Shown one piece after another: positions 1-8,331 of a stretch of DNA of 49,348 bases; position 1 is the first letter of the stretch, and the number at the start of each line of letters is the position of its first letter. A program made the position numbers and the translations under genes. Origin of the DNA: Phycisphaerae bacterium (GTDB lineage: Bacteria > Planctomycetota > Phycisphaerae > SM23-33); contig JBKHHU010000001.1 in the NCBI GenBank assembly GCA_046539045.1, positions 1 to 49,348 of the forward strand, given 5' to 3'. The notes beneath the pieces were generated by a model. It saw nothing but the letters and a program-made list of their open reading frames with translations. It was not told where the DNA came from and ran no database searches.

Positions 1-72
1 TCGGCGTCCGGCTGCTGTAGATAAAGACCTGTTGGCCTTTATTCCGGCGCCCCGGTTGGAGGCGAAATGACG

Positions 73-1554
73 TCACTTCACTTTTTCAGTCAGCGCCCGG
101 ACGGCCTGCGAGGTCCTGCCGGTGTTCCGCGCGAGGAACCAGGCCGCGAGGACGTTCAGTTCGGGCCGATTGCGCTTGTGATGGTTCAGGATCTGCCGCA
201 GCGGCTTGTCGGCAGCGGCATTGCCCCCGCGGGCTAGCGTAAGCACCGCGTCGGTGTGGATTTCCTCATACGGGCTGTCCAGCAGGCTCATGGCCAGCTC
301 GGTTGACAGGTCGCTCCTGGATCGGAGCAGGCCGGCAGCGACGGCCCGCTTGACCGCGTCGTATCGTCCCTCGAGGATCGTCTTTAGGCCTTTGGTCGCC
401 CGCGGAGTCGCCAGATCGATCAGTACCGTAGCCGCCTTGGCGGCCAGCACGTGTTCGCGGGTCATTTTCCGGGTGGAGGCGTTTACGTTCTGGATGAAGT
501 GCAGCAGCGCCGGCGAGTAGAAGTCCGCCTGGGCTCCCAACTCCTCGACATCCGCGGCTGCTCGATCCGCGACATGCCGGATCACGATGGGGTGGCCCAG
601 CTTGACAGCTGCCAGTGTCGCCTGTTCGACATCTTCGGCGCCGGTCACCCGTGCCAGCTCGAACTCGATCACTTCTGAAATATCGCTTTTGCGTTTGGCC
701 AACGCTCGCAGATACCCGGCTGCGTCTTTGCGATCGGCCAGTTCCTCCAGCAGGTGCACCCGGTAGACCACCATGTCCGATCCGGCAATTGCCGTGGCGA
801 TCAGCTGGGAGGCATTCCCGGCCACCGCGTCCAGCGCTTTGTATGCGAGCAGCCGAACCGGCTCCGGGCGGCCCTTCGTCGCACCGTACGCTGCCAGTTG
901 CGCTGCGGCGGCGATCTTCTCTTCTCGGATCTGTTCCAGCATCAGGGCGATGACGGAATCGGGTGTCTCGGCGTCCTCGAAGAGCTTCTTCAGTTCGTCC
1001 CGTTGCTCCTTGTGGCCCATCTTCAGCAGCGAAAGACGCGCCATGGCCGCCGTCCGCGAGTCTTCGGATTTCACCAGTTCCCGCAGCGTCGCTTCGGCTG
1101 TTTTGCCTTTCCCGCGGGCCACCAGCTCCCGCGCCGCCAGCGACTGTACACGCTCGTCCTTCTGTTGCATCGCTTCGGTGAGTTGGGCATCGCTGATCGC
1201 TTCCATCGCGATCGCGTGGACGAGCGCTTCGGCGCGCAGGGTCGGATCGTCATCGGTGCGGACCACCGTCACCAGTGCCTTGCCCGCCTCGGCTGTGCCG
1301 ATGTCCCGCAGGGCGCCGATGGCCTGGAAGCGGTGTTTCTTGTCCTTCGCCTGTGTCGCGGCGATGAAGAAGGGGACCAGTTCCTCCTCTTCGGTCGCCC
1401 GAAGCGCCACCATCGCGACCCAGAGATCGCGATCGCTGGAGATGGTCTCTCGCAGCACGGAAGCGGGGTCGGCATCCTGGGCGGCGGCGGGTGTCGCCAT
1501 AGCCCCGGCGAGACACGCGAGCACAACCACGGCTGGGATGAATCTGCTATTCAC
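73..1554 (-). CDS. secreted HEAT/PBS-lyase-like repeat protein
   Basis: 493-aa ORF. N-terminal signal peptide (MNSRFIPAVVVLACLAGAMATPAAAQD), then Ala/Leu/Glu/Arg-rich helical repeats typical of HEAT-like repeats. No catalytic motif recognised. Confidence 0.65.
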   Translation of the reverse strand: MNSRFIPAVVVLACLAGAMATPAAAQDADPASVLRETISSDRDLWVAMVALRATEEEELVPFFIAATQAKDKKHRFQAIGALRDIGTAEAGKALVTVVRTDDDPTLRAEALVHAIAMEAISDAQLTEAMQQKDERVQSLAARELVARGKGKTAEATLRELVKSEDSRTAAMARLSLLKMGHKEQRDELKKLFEDAETPDSVIALMLEQIREEKIAAAAQLAAYGATKGRPEPVRLLAYKALDAVAGNASQLIATAIAGSDMVVYRVHLLEELADRKDAAGYLRALAKRKSDISEVIEFELARVTGAEDVEQATLAAVKLGHPIVIRHVADRAAADVEELGAQADFYSPALLHFIQNVNASTRKMTREHVLAAKAATVLIDLATPRATKGLKTILEGRYDAVKRAVAAGLLRSRSDLSTELAMSLLDSPYEEIHTDAVLTLARGGNAAADKPLRQILNHHKRNRPELNVLAAWFLARNTGRTSQAVRALTEKVK

Positions 1555-1649
1555 GGGACGCTCCGGTTTCGGATATCGTGTAGGTTCTGTTGCTATTGTT
1601 GCAGAAAACGCCGCTCATTGAAATGCCGACGTTCTCAAAGCGGGCGGGG

Positions 1650-2735
1650 TCAGTCAGCTTTCGGTTTTGGCGGGATCGTCAGCGTCTGTCCCACTTGCAG
1701 CTTCGTGGGGTCCACGCCCGGGTTGGCCTTGGCGATCAAGGGCCAGTATCTGCCGTTCCCATAGACCTTCTTTGCGATTTTCCAGAAGCTGTCGCCCTCG
1801 GCGATTACGTAACTTCGGGCCGACGGCTGGGATTCAGCCGGTTTGACAGGTTCCTGTTTGGGTGTCGGCGGAGCAACTTGCGCCTCGTCCCCTTTGTCCG
1901 GCTCGGCCGGGGTCGTCTTACCCTCAAAACGGCAGTCGACCATCTCCACCGGCGACCCACCGGTGCCGAGAATCTTCGCTCGGTTGTCCCGGAACAGGCA
2001 GCCGTCGAAGCGCACCTCCGAACTGCTGCTGATGCTCAGAAGCGGCCGGGGATTGCCCTGGTAATCCACTACCTTGTTGTCGGAAACCAGGCACTTCTCG
2101 AACAGCACATCGCTGGAATCGCGGATCACCAGACCGTGGTACTGTTCATTGTCGCGGAAATCGGATTGGATGAACCGAATGTTCCGGCACTGCTCCAGCG
2201 TCAAGATGCCATACGAGCAGTCGCGAATGACCGACTTCCGAACAGTCGCGTTGCGAACATTTGTCAGTGTCAGTCCTTCGGTCCCGCAGCCGTACAGGTC
2301 GCAATCGTCGATCTCCACGCCGTCCGCATCCTGCATCCAGATGACCCCGCCGGCACAAGAGCCTTGGGGCTCGTGGCCGATCCGCAGGTTCCGCAACCCG
2401 ACGTTCTTTGCGCGCTGGAAATTCAAAGGGTACACCAATGGATTGGAGGCGATGATCTCCACCGGCTCATCGCCCTCTCCGACCAGCGTGAGGTTTTCCA
2501 CGTCGCGGAAGGTGACGTTTGCGTCTTCTTCCAAGCCATCTTTGACCACATGCGTCATCTTCCCCAGCCGGAGCTTGTACAGGTCGTAGTCGCCCGGTTT
2601 AAGATGGATCGTCCGGTTCGAGCCGATCGCCTGAACCAGTTCCTCGGCGTTGGTGACGGTGATATTCTTCCGGCCGCAACCTATGGTGGCCGAGACTGCC
2701 AGCAGGCAGATTGCGATGAGCAGTTTCCCCTTCAT
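1650..2735 (-). CDS. lipoprotein with right-handed parallel beta-helix repeats and a C-terminal LysM domain
   Basis: 361 aa. Lipobox-like signal (MKGKLLIAICLLAVSATIGC). Repeated N/D-x-hydrophobic beta-helix strands (NVTFRDVENLTL, NLRIGH, IDDCDLYGC, VRKSVIRDC, IQSDFRDN). C-terminal LysM (YVIAEGDSFWKIAKKVYGNGRYWPLIAKANPGVDPTKLQVGQTLTIP). Confidence 0.75.
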   Translation of the reverse strand: MKGKLLIAICLLAVSATIGCGRKNITVTNAEELVQAIGSNRTIHLKPGDYDLYKLRLGKMTHVVKDGLEEDANVTFRDVENLTLVGEGDEPVEIIASNPLVYPLNFQRAKNVGLRNLRIGHEPQGSCAGGVIWMQDADGVEIDDCDLYGCGTEGLTLTNVRNATVRKSVIRDCSYGILTLEQCRNIRFIQSDFRDNEQYHGLVIRDSSDVLFEKCLVSDNKVVDYQGNPRPLLSISSSSEVRFDGCLFRDNRAKILGTGGSPVEMVDCRFEGKTTPAEPDKGDEAQVAPPTPKQEPVKPAESQPSARSYVIAEGDSFWKIAKKVYGNGRYWPLIAKANPGVDPTKLQVGQTLTIPPKPKAD

Positions 2736-2785
2736 CCGGAATCCTTTCCTTTAGACGTTTCTGTTTTGGTTCCCCAAGTCGCGGT

Positions 2786-3148
2786 TTATTCTCCCCGGTA
2801 GACCACGCGGGATGTGTCCGATTCCCAAACCGTAATGGCCGACAGTGTCGGCAGGTCGACGATAAGGCGGTCCCAGAGATACCCGGCAATGTTCTCGCTG
2901 GTTGAATTCTCCAGCCCTTCCACCTCGTTGAGGCAGTGGTGATCCAGATCATCCAGAATCGGCTTGACCAGTTTCTTGATCTCGCCGAAATCGATCACCC
3001 AGCCGACGTCGGGGTCCACCTCGCCCGTTACGTGGATATCCACCCGATAGCTGTGGCCGTGCATGTTCCGGCACTTGTGTCCGGCAGGCAGACTGGCCAG
3101 GGCGTGGGCTGCGTCGAAGTTGAATGTCTTGATCAGTTCGGCTTTCAT
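2786..3148 (-). CDS. queD: 6-carboxy-5,6,7,8-tetrahydropterin synthase
   Basis: 120 aa. Typical QueD/PTPS sequence (FDAAHALASLPAGHKCRNMHGHSYRVDIHV..GWVIDFGEIK..LDHHCLNEV). Confidence 0.9.
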   Translation of the reverse strand: MKAELIKTFNFDAAHALASLPAGHKCRNMHGHSYRVDIHVTGEVDPDVGWVIDFGEIKKLVKPILDDLDHHCLNEVEGLENSTSENIAGYLWDRLIVDLPTLSAITVWESDTSRVVYRGE

Positions 3149-3194
3149 ATCGTTTCCCGATCGGGCTTGGGTTCTCTGTTGCTGTTGGCAGTCG

Positions 3195-3869
3195 TCAGAC
3201 GCCTCTCTCGACGCCCGGCCAGATGACCTTGTGCAACTGCAGGCCGAGGCGGACGTCCAGGCCGCTTGCGAGGATCCAGTCGGCCAGTTCGTGCGGCAGG
3301 GCTGTCGGTGCGACGGGAGAAAACGTTACCTCGCAGGTGTCCGTGAGCTGGTGCTCCCGCACGATTCTCCGGGCGAAGAGGAAATCGCCGTGGTCGGCGA
3401 CCACGAACTTCACCTCATCCCGTTCGCCCAGCATGTCCAGGTTCGGCCAATGGATTCTGTCGGCCTGTCCGGAGGAGGGGCATTTGATGTCGACGATCCG
3501 ACGGACACGAGTGTCGACGTCGGAAATATCCAGCGAGCCATTGGTCTCCAGCAGCACCTCATAGCCGTCATCGCAGAACCGCCGGAGCAATTCCAGTGCG
3601 GCCGGCTGGGTTAACGGTTCCCCGCCGGTGACCTCAACACGCCGGGTCGGCATCTCGGCTACGCGGTGGAGGATCTGGTCGATTGTAGCGGTCCCCGACG
3701 GCTTCCAGGCGTACTGCGTGTCGCACCACTGGCAGCGGAGGTTGCACCCCGCCAACCGAACGAACGCGCAAGGCCAGCCCGCCCGGGTGCTCTCGCCTTG
3801 AATGCTGAAGAATATCTCCACGATGTCCAGCGTCTGGTCCATGGGGCTCATTGTAACCAAAGGGGCCAT
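3195..3869 (-). CDS. queE: 7-carboxy-7-deazaguanine synthase (radical SAM)
   Basis: Track ORF 3195..3980 trimmed. Conserved core starts at EIFFSIQGEST..FVRLAGCNLRCQWCDT (CxxxCxxC radical-SAM cluster). ATG candidates at 3869, 3851 and 3842; the exact start is uncertain. Confidence 0.85.
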   Translation of the reverse strand: MAPLVTMSPMDQTLDIVEIFFSIQGESTRAGWPCAFVRLAGCNLRCQWCDTQYAWKPSGTATIDQILHRVAEMPTRRVEVTGGEPLTQPAALELLRRFCDDGYEVLLETNGSLDISDVDTRVRRIVDIKCPSSGQADRIHWPNLDMLGERDEVKFVVADHGDFLFARRIVREHQLTDTCEVTFSPVAPTALPHELADWILASGLDVRLGLQLHKVIWPGVERGV

Positions 3870-3998
3870 GAAAAGCAGGCGAAAGGCTGCGGCAAAAGGT
3901 CCGCCGGCCGAGGCTGGGTGGTTATCTGCAGAGGTCCCGAGCGGGATGCGGCGCGGAAGCCGCGGCCGGGATCCCACCATCGCCGTCCTTATCGCCTT

Positions 3999-4562
3999 TT
4001 ACCCGTCCCTTCCCGTGGTACCGGGCGGCAGTTGCGGGTCGGCAAGGAATTTGCGGACCACATTGCGCTGGGACTCGGTGATCTGATTGGCGAAGCGGGT
4101 TTCGACGTACTCGATTGCGTGATCGCCATCCATCCCCAACAACGCCCCGGCCAGGCAGGCGATGATCACGCCGGTCCTGCCCGTTCCGGCATTGCAGTGG
4201 ACTACCACGCTGGCTCCTGAACGGAGGTAGGGGGCGACGGTCCTGATCAGCTCCCTCACGTCTTGCAGGGCGGGCGAGGTAAGATCCCGGATCGGGAAAT
4301 GCAGCACCTGGATCCCGTTGTCGCGATAGATGTCGAACAGGTTCTTCCTGCCCTTGCGGCGGATTTCATCCTCGGTTACCAGCGGGATGACGAACTGGAC
4401 CTTCTCTGCCCGGTATCGCTTGAGAAGCTGGTTGAACTTATCATACGGGCCGAAGGGCATGGGGCTGGCGTAGAGCTTTCCGGAGACGCCTTCCAGTTCC
4501 ACATGCAGGAAGACGGCGCTTTCGGCGTCCAGCTTCTTCCGCATCCAGCGAATCAGGCCCAT
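3999..4562 (-). CDS. protein-tyrosine / dual-specificity phosphatase family protein
   Basis: 187 aa with the HCxxGxxR(S/T) P-loop (VVVHCNAGTGRTGVIIA). Confidence 0.75.
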   Translation of the reverse strand: MGLIRWMRKKLDAESAVFLHVELEGVSGKLYASPMPFGPYDKFNQLLKRYRAEKVQFVIPLVTEDEIRRKGRKNLFDIYRDNGIQVLHFPIRDLTSPALQDVRELIRTVAPYLRSGASVVVHCNAGTGRTGVIIACLAGALLGMDGDHAIEYVETRFANQITESQRNVVRKFLADPQLPPGTTGRDG

Positions 4563-4640
4563 GACTAAAACCCTTCGACGGAGGTTATGTGTATCGGAAG
4601 CTCGATCGCCCCGACGGCCAAGCGGAACGCCCCCCCTGAA

Positions 4641-5132
4641 TCACCCGATCTGCGTCTTCTCGGATTCATCCAGCGTATAGACCACGCAGTCATTGGCGTA
4701 GGTGCGTTCGGGCAGGACGATCAGCGTGTGGGCCGTGTCGGCCGACTCGGCGAACGGGGCATGGTGCCACACGCCAGGCCGGAGGGTCACCATCGTGCCC
4801 TGCGGGACGCGGAACACCTCATATTCCTCCGGAACCACGCCGTTCTTGGTCGCGTGGGCCACGTGGATCAGCACGTCTGCATCCAGAGGGAGAATCCCTT
4901 CGCCGCAACTGCTGTGATACTCCGCCGTTTCAATCATCTTCGGCCGCTGCTTTACGCGGCAGACGGAGAACGACGCCCGGGAACTGCTTCCGAGCTCCAG
5001 CTGCAACATATCGCGGAAGAACGCGATCGGCTCTCCGCCAAAGTGGAACTTCTGCGGATTGACCATATTGGCGAACGATCCGTACTCTGAAAAACCTTCC
5101 AACGAGAGATCCTGAACAGCCAGATTCTTCAT
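4641..5132 (-). CDS. cupin-fold protein, ureidoglycolate-lyase-like
   Basis: Track ORF 4641..5357 trimmed to ATG 5132 (MKNLAVQDL..), preceded by AAGGGA. Beta-rich sequence with HH pair (GVWHHAPF). The family call is tentative. Confidence 0.6.
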   Translation of the reverse strand: MKNLAVQDLSLEGFSEYGSFANMVNPQKFHFGGEPIAFFRDMLQLELGSSSRASFSVCRVKQRPKMIETAEYHSSCGEGILPLDADVLIHVAHATKNGVVPEEYEVFRVPQGTMVTLRPGVWHHAPFAESADTAHTLIVLPERTYANDCVVYTLDESEKTQIG

Positions 5133-5434
5133 CCTGTATCCCTTTTGTCTAACATCAATCGGTGGTTGCATGCGACTTTGTGAGTAACGGACTGCGGCGC
5201 TGGGGTCAAGACGCAAATGCTTATACCTTCTCTCAGGTTGGCTTGACGACCCACGCTCACTCGCCGGGCACCGGTGCAGCAGATACATCCCGAACCGCAA
5301 GGGCACGATACACCGGTGCCGCTGGAGCCGACCAGGGGACCAGGGCGGGTGCATCAATGAACTCTTGACACGACGGGTCTATTGCGGGAAAGTGCATCGC
5401 CTGACAGCGACCAACCCGCAATGGACCCAAGTGC

Positions 5435-5995
5435 ATGGCCAGCAAAACCAAAGCCAAGGAAGACAAGCCCGACGCGCTCCAGCCGGTGATTACCGTCGGC
5501 CTGGCGTGGCTCGTGCCGGGGCTGGGGCATTTCTTTCTCGGCCGGAAACTGCGCGGGGTCATCATTTTCATGGTGATCACGGCGCTGTTCTGGACGGGAA
5601 TAGGCATCGGCGGGGTGCTGACGGTGGACCGCGCCAAGGAGCGGTGGTGGTTCCTGGCCGAGATGGGCACCGGGATTCAAGGCCTGTACGCGTGGCAGCG
5701 TTCGAACGCCGTCTATGCCAGAATTCGGGAGGATAAATCGATCTACAAGGTTCCGCCGGGATACAGCGGACCGTCGGCGACCTATGTCACACCGGCCGTG
5801 GAGAAGGCGCTGGTCCGCGAAGGGGTGGATCTGGTGCATCCGACCGAGAACGTGGCCAGGGCGTACGCAGGGGTGGCAGGGCTGATGAACATGCTGTGCG
5901 TGTTCGACGCGCTGATGTTGTGCCTGCTGGGCCGGCGGGGAGAGCCCAAACGCCCCGAGAAGGACGAAGAGGCAGGCGAGGAGGACAACACCTGA
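5435..5995 (+). CDS. multi-pass membrane protein of unknown function
   Basis: 186 aa. Lys-rich N-terminus, then hydrophobic segments (VITVGLAWLVPGLGHFFLG, GVIIFMVITALFWTGIGIGGVL, VAGLMNMLCVFDALMLCLL). Acidic C-terminus. Confidence 0.6.
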   Translation: MASKTKAKEDKPDALQPVITVGLAWLVPGLGHFFLGRKLRGVIIFMVITALFWTGIGIGGVLTVDRAKERWWFLAEMGTGIQGLYAWQRSNAVYARIREDKSIYKVPPGYSGPSATYVTPAVEKALVREGVDLVHPTENVARAYAGVAGLMNMLCVFDALMLCLLGRRGEPKRPEKDEEAGEEDNT

Positions 5996-6222
5996 TGCTC
6001 GCCTGGACACTCTTTTACAACCCGGTACACGTGCCGCAGTCGATGGCGTTGTGGCTGATGATCCCGCTGCTGATCGGTCTGGGCATTGTGTACAAGACGG
6101 TCCGCACGCGGAACCTCCGGCGGTTGCCGCTGGAGATCGCCTTGCTCATCCTCTACATGGGCGGCGGGCTTTTCGCTCTGGGCCTGGGCCTGTGGATCGT
6201 GCAGGAATACATTATCTGGTAA
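5995..6222 (+). CDS. small two-TM membrane protein
   Basis: Internal ATG of track ORF 5896..6222. It overlaps the upstream stop as TGATG. 75 aa (MLAWTLFYNP..WLMIPLLIGLGIVY..LLILYMGGGLFALGLGLWIV). Confidence 0.5.
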   Translation: MLAWTLFYNPVHVPQSMALWLMIPLLIGLGIVYKTVRTRNLRRLPLEIALLILYMGGGLFALGLGLWIVQEYIIW

Positions 6223-6427
6223 GAAGCAGCGGTCTTCCAAACCGCAGGTCGCATCGGTGCGGCTTTCTCTCTCCTCTTTCCCCTCTGCACCCGCTTTCGT
6301 GTCCCAGCGAAGGGCTTATCTCATGGCGGGTAAATATCCTCCCGAAATCGCGTTCCATGGAACGATCCGGCCTAGAATTCCGTAGATAATGTTGAGGTCG
6401 ATCTCTGGTAAGTGAAGGGAGGTCGAT

Positions 6428-7084
6428 ATGGACCATCAGAGAATCCTTCTGGATATCGAATCTCAGCGGGACTTCTTCAGCCCGGACGGTGAATGTTACA
6501 CCGCAAAAGCGGGTCTGGCTGCGGAGAACATCGAACGGCTGTTCGATTGGGCCAAAGAGGAAGTTATCCCGGTAATATCAACCGTTCTGAGGGTCCGATC
6601 GGGAGAGATCGGACCGCTGACCTCTGTGCCCCATTGCATTGAGGGTACCTTGGGTGAGAAGAAGATGGCCGGTTCGCTCATGCCCCGGCGCATCAATCTC
6701 GGTTTGCGGAACAGTACCGACTTGCCGAAGGAGATTTTCGAGAAGCACCAGCAAGTCATTATAGAAAAACGTGATACGGACATCTTCGCCCACGCCAGGG
6801 CGGAGCGACTGATTACCGAACTGACACCCGGCACGGTGATCGTTTGCGGTGCGGGAATCGGCAAGGGCATCTACCAGGCGACGGTGGGCCTTCGCGCCCG
6901 TGGGTTCGGGGTCGTCATTGCCGAGGACGCAGTGGTCGACCTGGACGATGAATTCGCGGAAATGGCCATGCTGAGAATGCAGGCCAAGGGCGCGGTTCCC
7001 ACGGCCACGAGCAATATTGTCAGCCCGCAAGGGAAGCGGGCCCGCAAAAATGCCCGGTTCCGGTCGTTTCAGTCGGCAGGCTGA
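6428..7084 (+). CDS. isochorismatase-family (cysteine hydrolase fold) protein
   Basis: 218 aa. ILLDIESQRDFF (Asp motif), IIEKRDTDIF (Lys motif), and a Rossmann-like VIVCGAGIGKGIYQAT segment. GGAGG Shine-Dalgarno upstream. Confidence 0.7.
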   Translation: MDHQRILLDIESQRDFFSPDGECYTAKAGLAAENIERLFDWAKEEVIPVISTVLRVRSGEIGPLTSVPHCIEGTLGEKKMAGSLMPRRINLGLRNSTDLPKEIFEKHQQVIIEKRDTDIFAHARAERLITELTPGTVIVCGAGIGKGIYQATVGLRARGFGVVIAEDAVVDLDDEFAEMAMLRMQAKGAVPTATSNIVSPQGKRARKNARFRSFQSAG

Positions 7085-7255
7085 TGGTTTCCCAAGCTTC
7101 TGAACAGGCGTCCTCAGGTGAGGATGCCGTGCGGAACCCGCATCGGATTGCCCCGCGGTGGGTTCCGTTTTCTATGCGCCGGCAGGCTGTTCACCCGGTT
7201 CCCATGAGCCGGTCCGCGCTTGCAACCGGGGCAGCTTTGTGGTACTTCCTGCAGC

Positions 7256-8128
7256 ATGACCAACGAGCCATGGACGGTGCTGAAGCTGATCAACTGGACG
7301 AAGGAATTCTTCGCTCGCAACAACGTTGATTCGCCCCGACTCGCTGCGGAAATCCTGCTCGCTCACGTCCTGGGGTGCAGCCGGATCGATCTGTATGCGC
7401 GGTTCAATCACGAGCCCACGCCCGACCAGCTCAAGCAGTTCCGCCAGATGGTCAAACGTGCACAGCAGCACGAGCCGGTCGCCTATCTTCTGGGCGAGAA
7501 AGAGTTCTACTCGCTGGGCTTCAAGGTGACCCCGGACGTGCTGATCCCCCGGCCCGAGACGGAAATCGTGGTCACCGAAGCCACGAGATACCTACGCTCG
7601 CTCGGACGCCCGGGAACCATGTGGGACCTGGGTACCGGTAGCGGCTGCATTGCCATAGCGACCGCCAGACAGGTCGACGACGTGAAGGTACTGGCGACCG
7701 ACATTTCCGAGGGGGCGGTTTCGGTGGCCCGGGAGAACGCAGAGCGTCACGATCTTGCCGATCGCGTTCGGGTCCGCCAGGCGGACCTGCTGGCGCTACC
7801 GGAAGACTGCGACGATCTGCGTCCGTTCGATGTGATCACCGCCAACCTGCCGTACGTTCGCCAGAGCGATCCGATCGGGGCCTCGGTCAAACACGAGCCG
7901 AAGGTCGCCCTCTATGGCGGAGACGCCGACGGCCTGAGCCTGATCCGCAGGATGGCGCCTCAACTGCCCTCCATGATCGCGCCGGAAGGCGTGCTGATCA
8001 TGGAATTCGGAATCGATCAGGGCGACGACATCCGCGACCTCATCAGCGACACCGACGAATTCACCGAACCGCAGATACTCCGCGACCTCAACGATCTCGA
8101 GCGCATCCTCGTCGCGTACAAGCTGTAA
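7256..8128 (+). CDS. prmC: peptide chain release factor N5-glutamine methyltransferase
   Basis: Track ORF 7220..8128. Conserved N-terminus begins at MTNEPWTVLKLINWTKEFF..SPRLAAEILLAHVLG. SAM motif WDLGTGSGCIAI. Substrate motif ITANLPYV. Confidence 0.85.
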   Translation: MTNEPWTVLKLINWTKEFFARNNVDSPRLAAEILLAHVLGCSRIDLYARFNHEPTPDQLKQFRQMVKRAQQHEPVAYLLGEKEFYSLGFKVTPDVLIPRPETEIVVTEATRYLRSLGRPGTMWDLGTGSGCIAIATARQVDDVKVLATDISEGAVSVARENAERHDLADRVRVRQADLLALPEDCDDLRPFDVITANLPYVRQSDPIGASVKHEPKVALYGGDADGLSLIRRMAPQLPSMIAPEGVLIMEFGIDQGDDIRDLISDTDEFTEPQILRDLNDLERILVAYKL

Positions 8129-8331
8129 CCCCCGCCCGATCCGGCGAGGAACCCCGGAAGGCAAATCCCACGCCCGAAACTCCCCCGCAGACGCTGTGAA
8201 ACGGGTATCCTGACCATCCGGTGTCCGGAGCTTGTCTGACATTTGTCGTTTGTCATTTGGAGCTTCGACGCTGTGCGCGGTAATCTGTTGGCGCGGTACA
8301 TGCTACTTTCACGGACGAGGAGAAGTTCGCC

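Noticed and set aside
6229-6245. tRNA-like anticodon stem-loop (GCGGT CTTCCAA ACCGC)
   Set aside because: No D-arm, T-arm (GGTTCGAATCC-like) or acceptor stem can be built around it. It is more likely a small hairpin following the stop of the 75-aa membrane protein gene.
7084-7329. 81-aa ORF starting at the isochorismatase stop (TGATG overlap)
   Set aside because: It overlaps the prmC start region, has an Arg/Ala/Pro-rich composition and no motif. It is probably a chance ORF.
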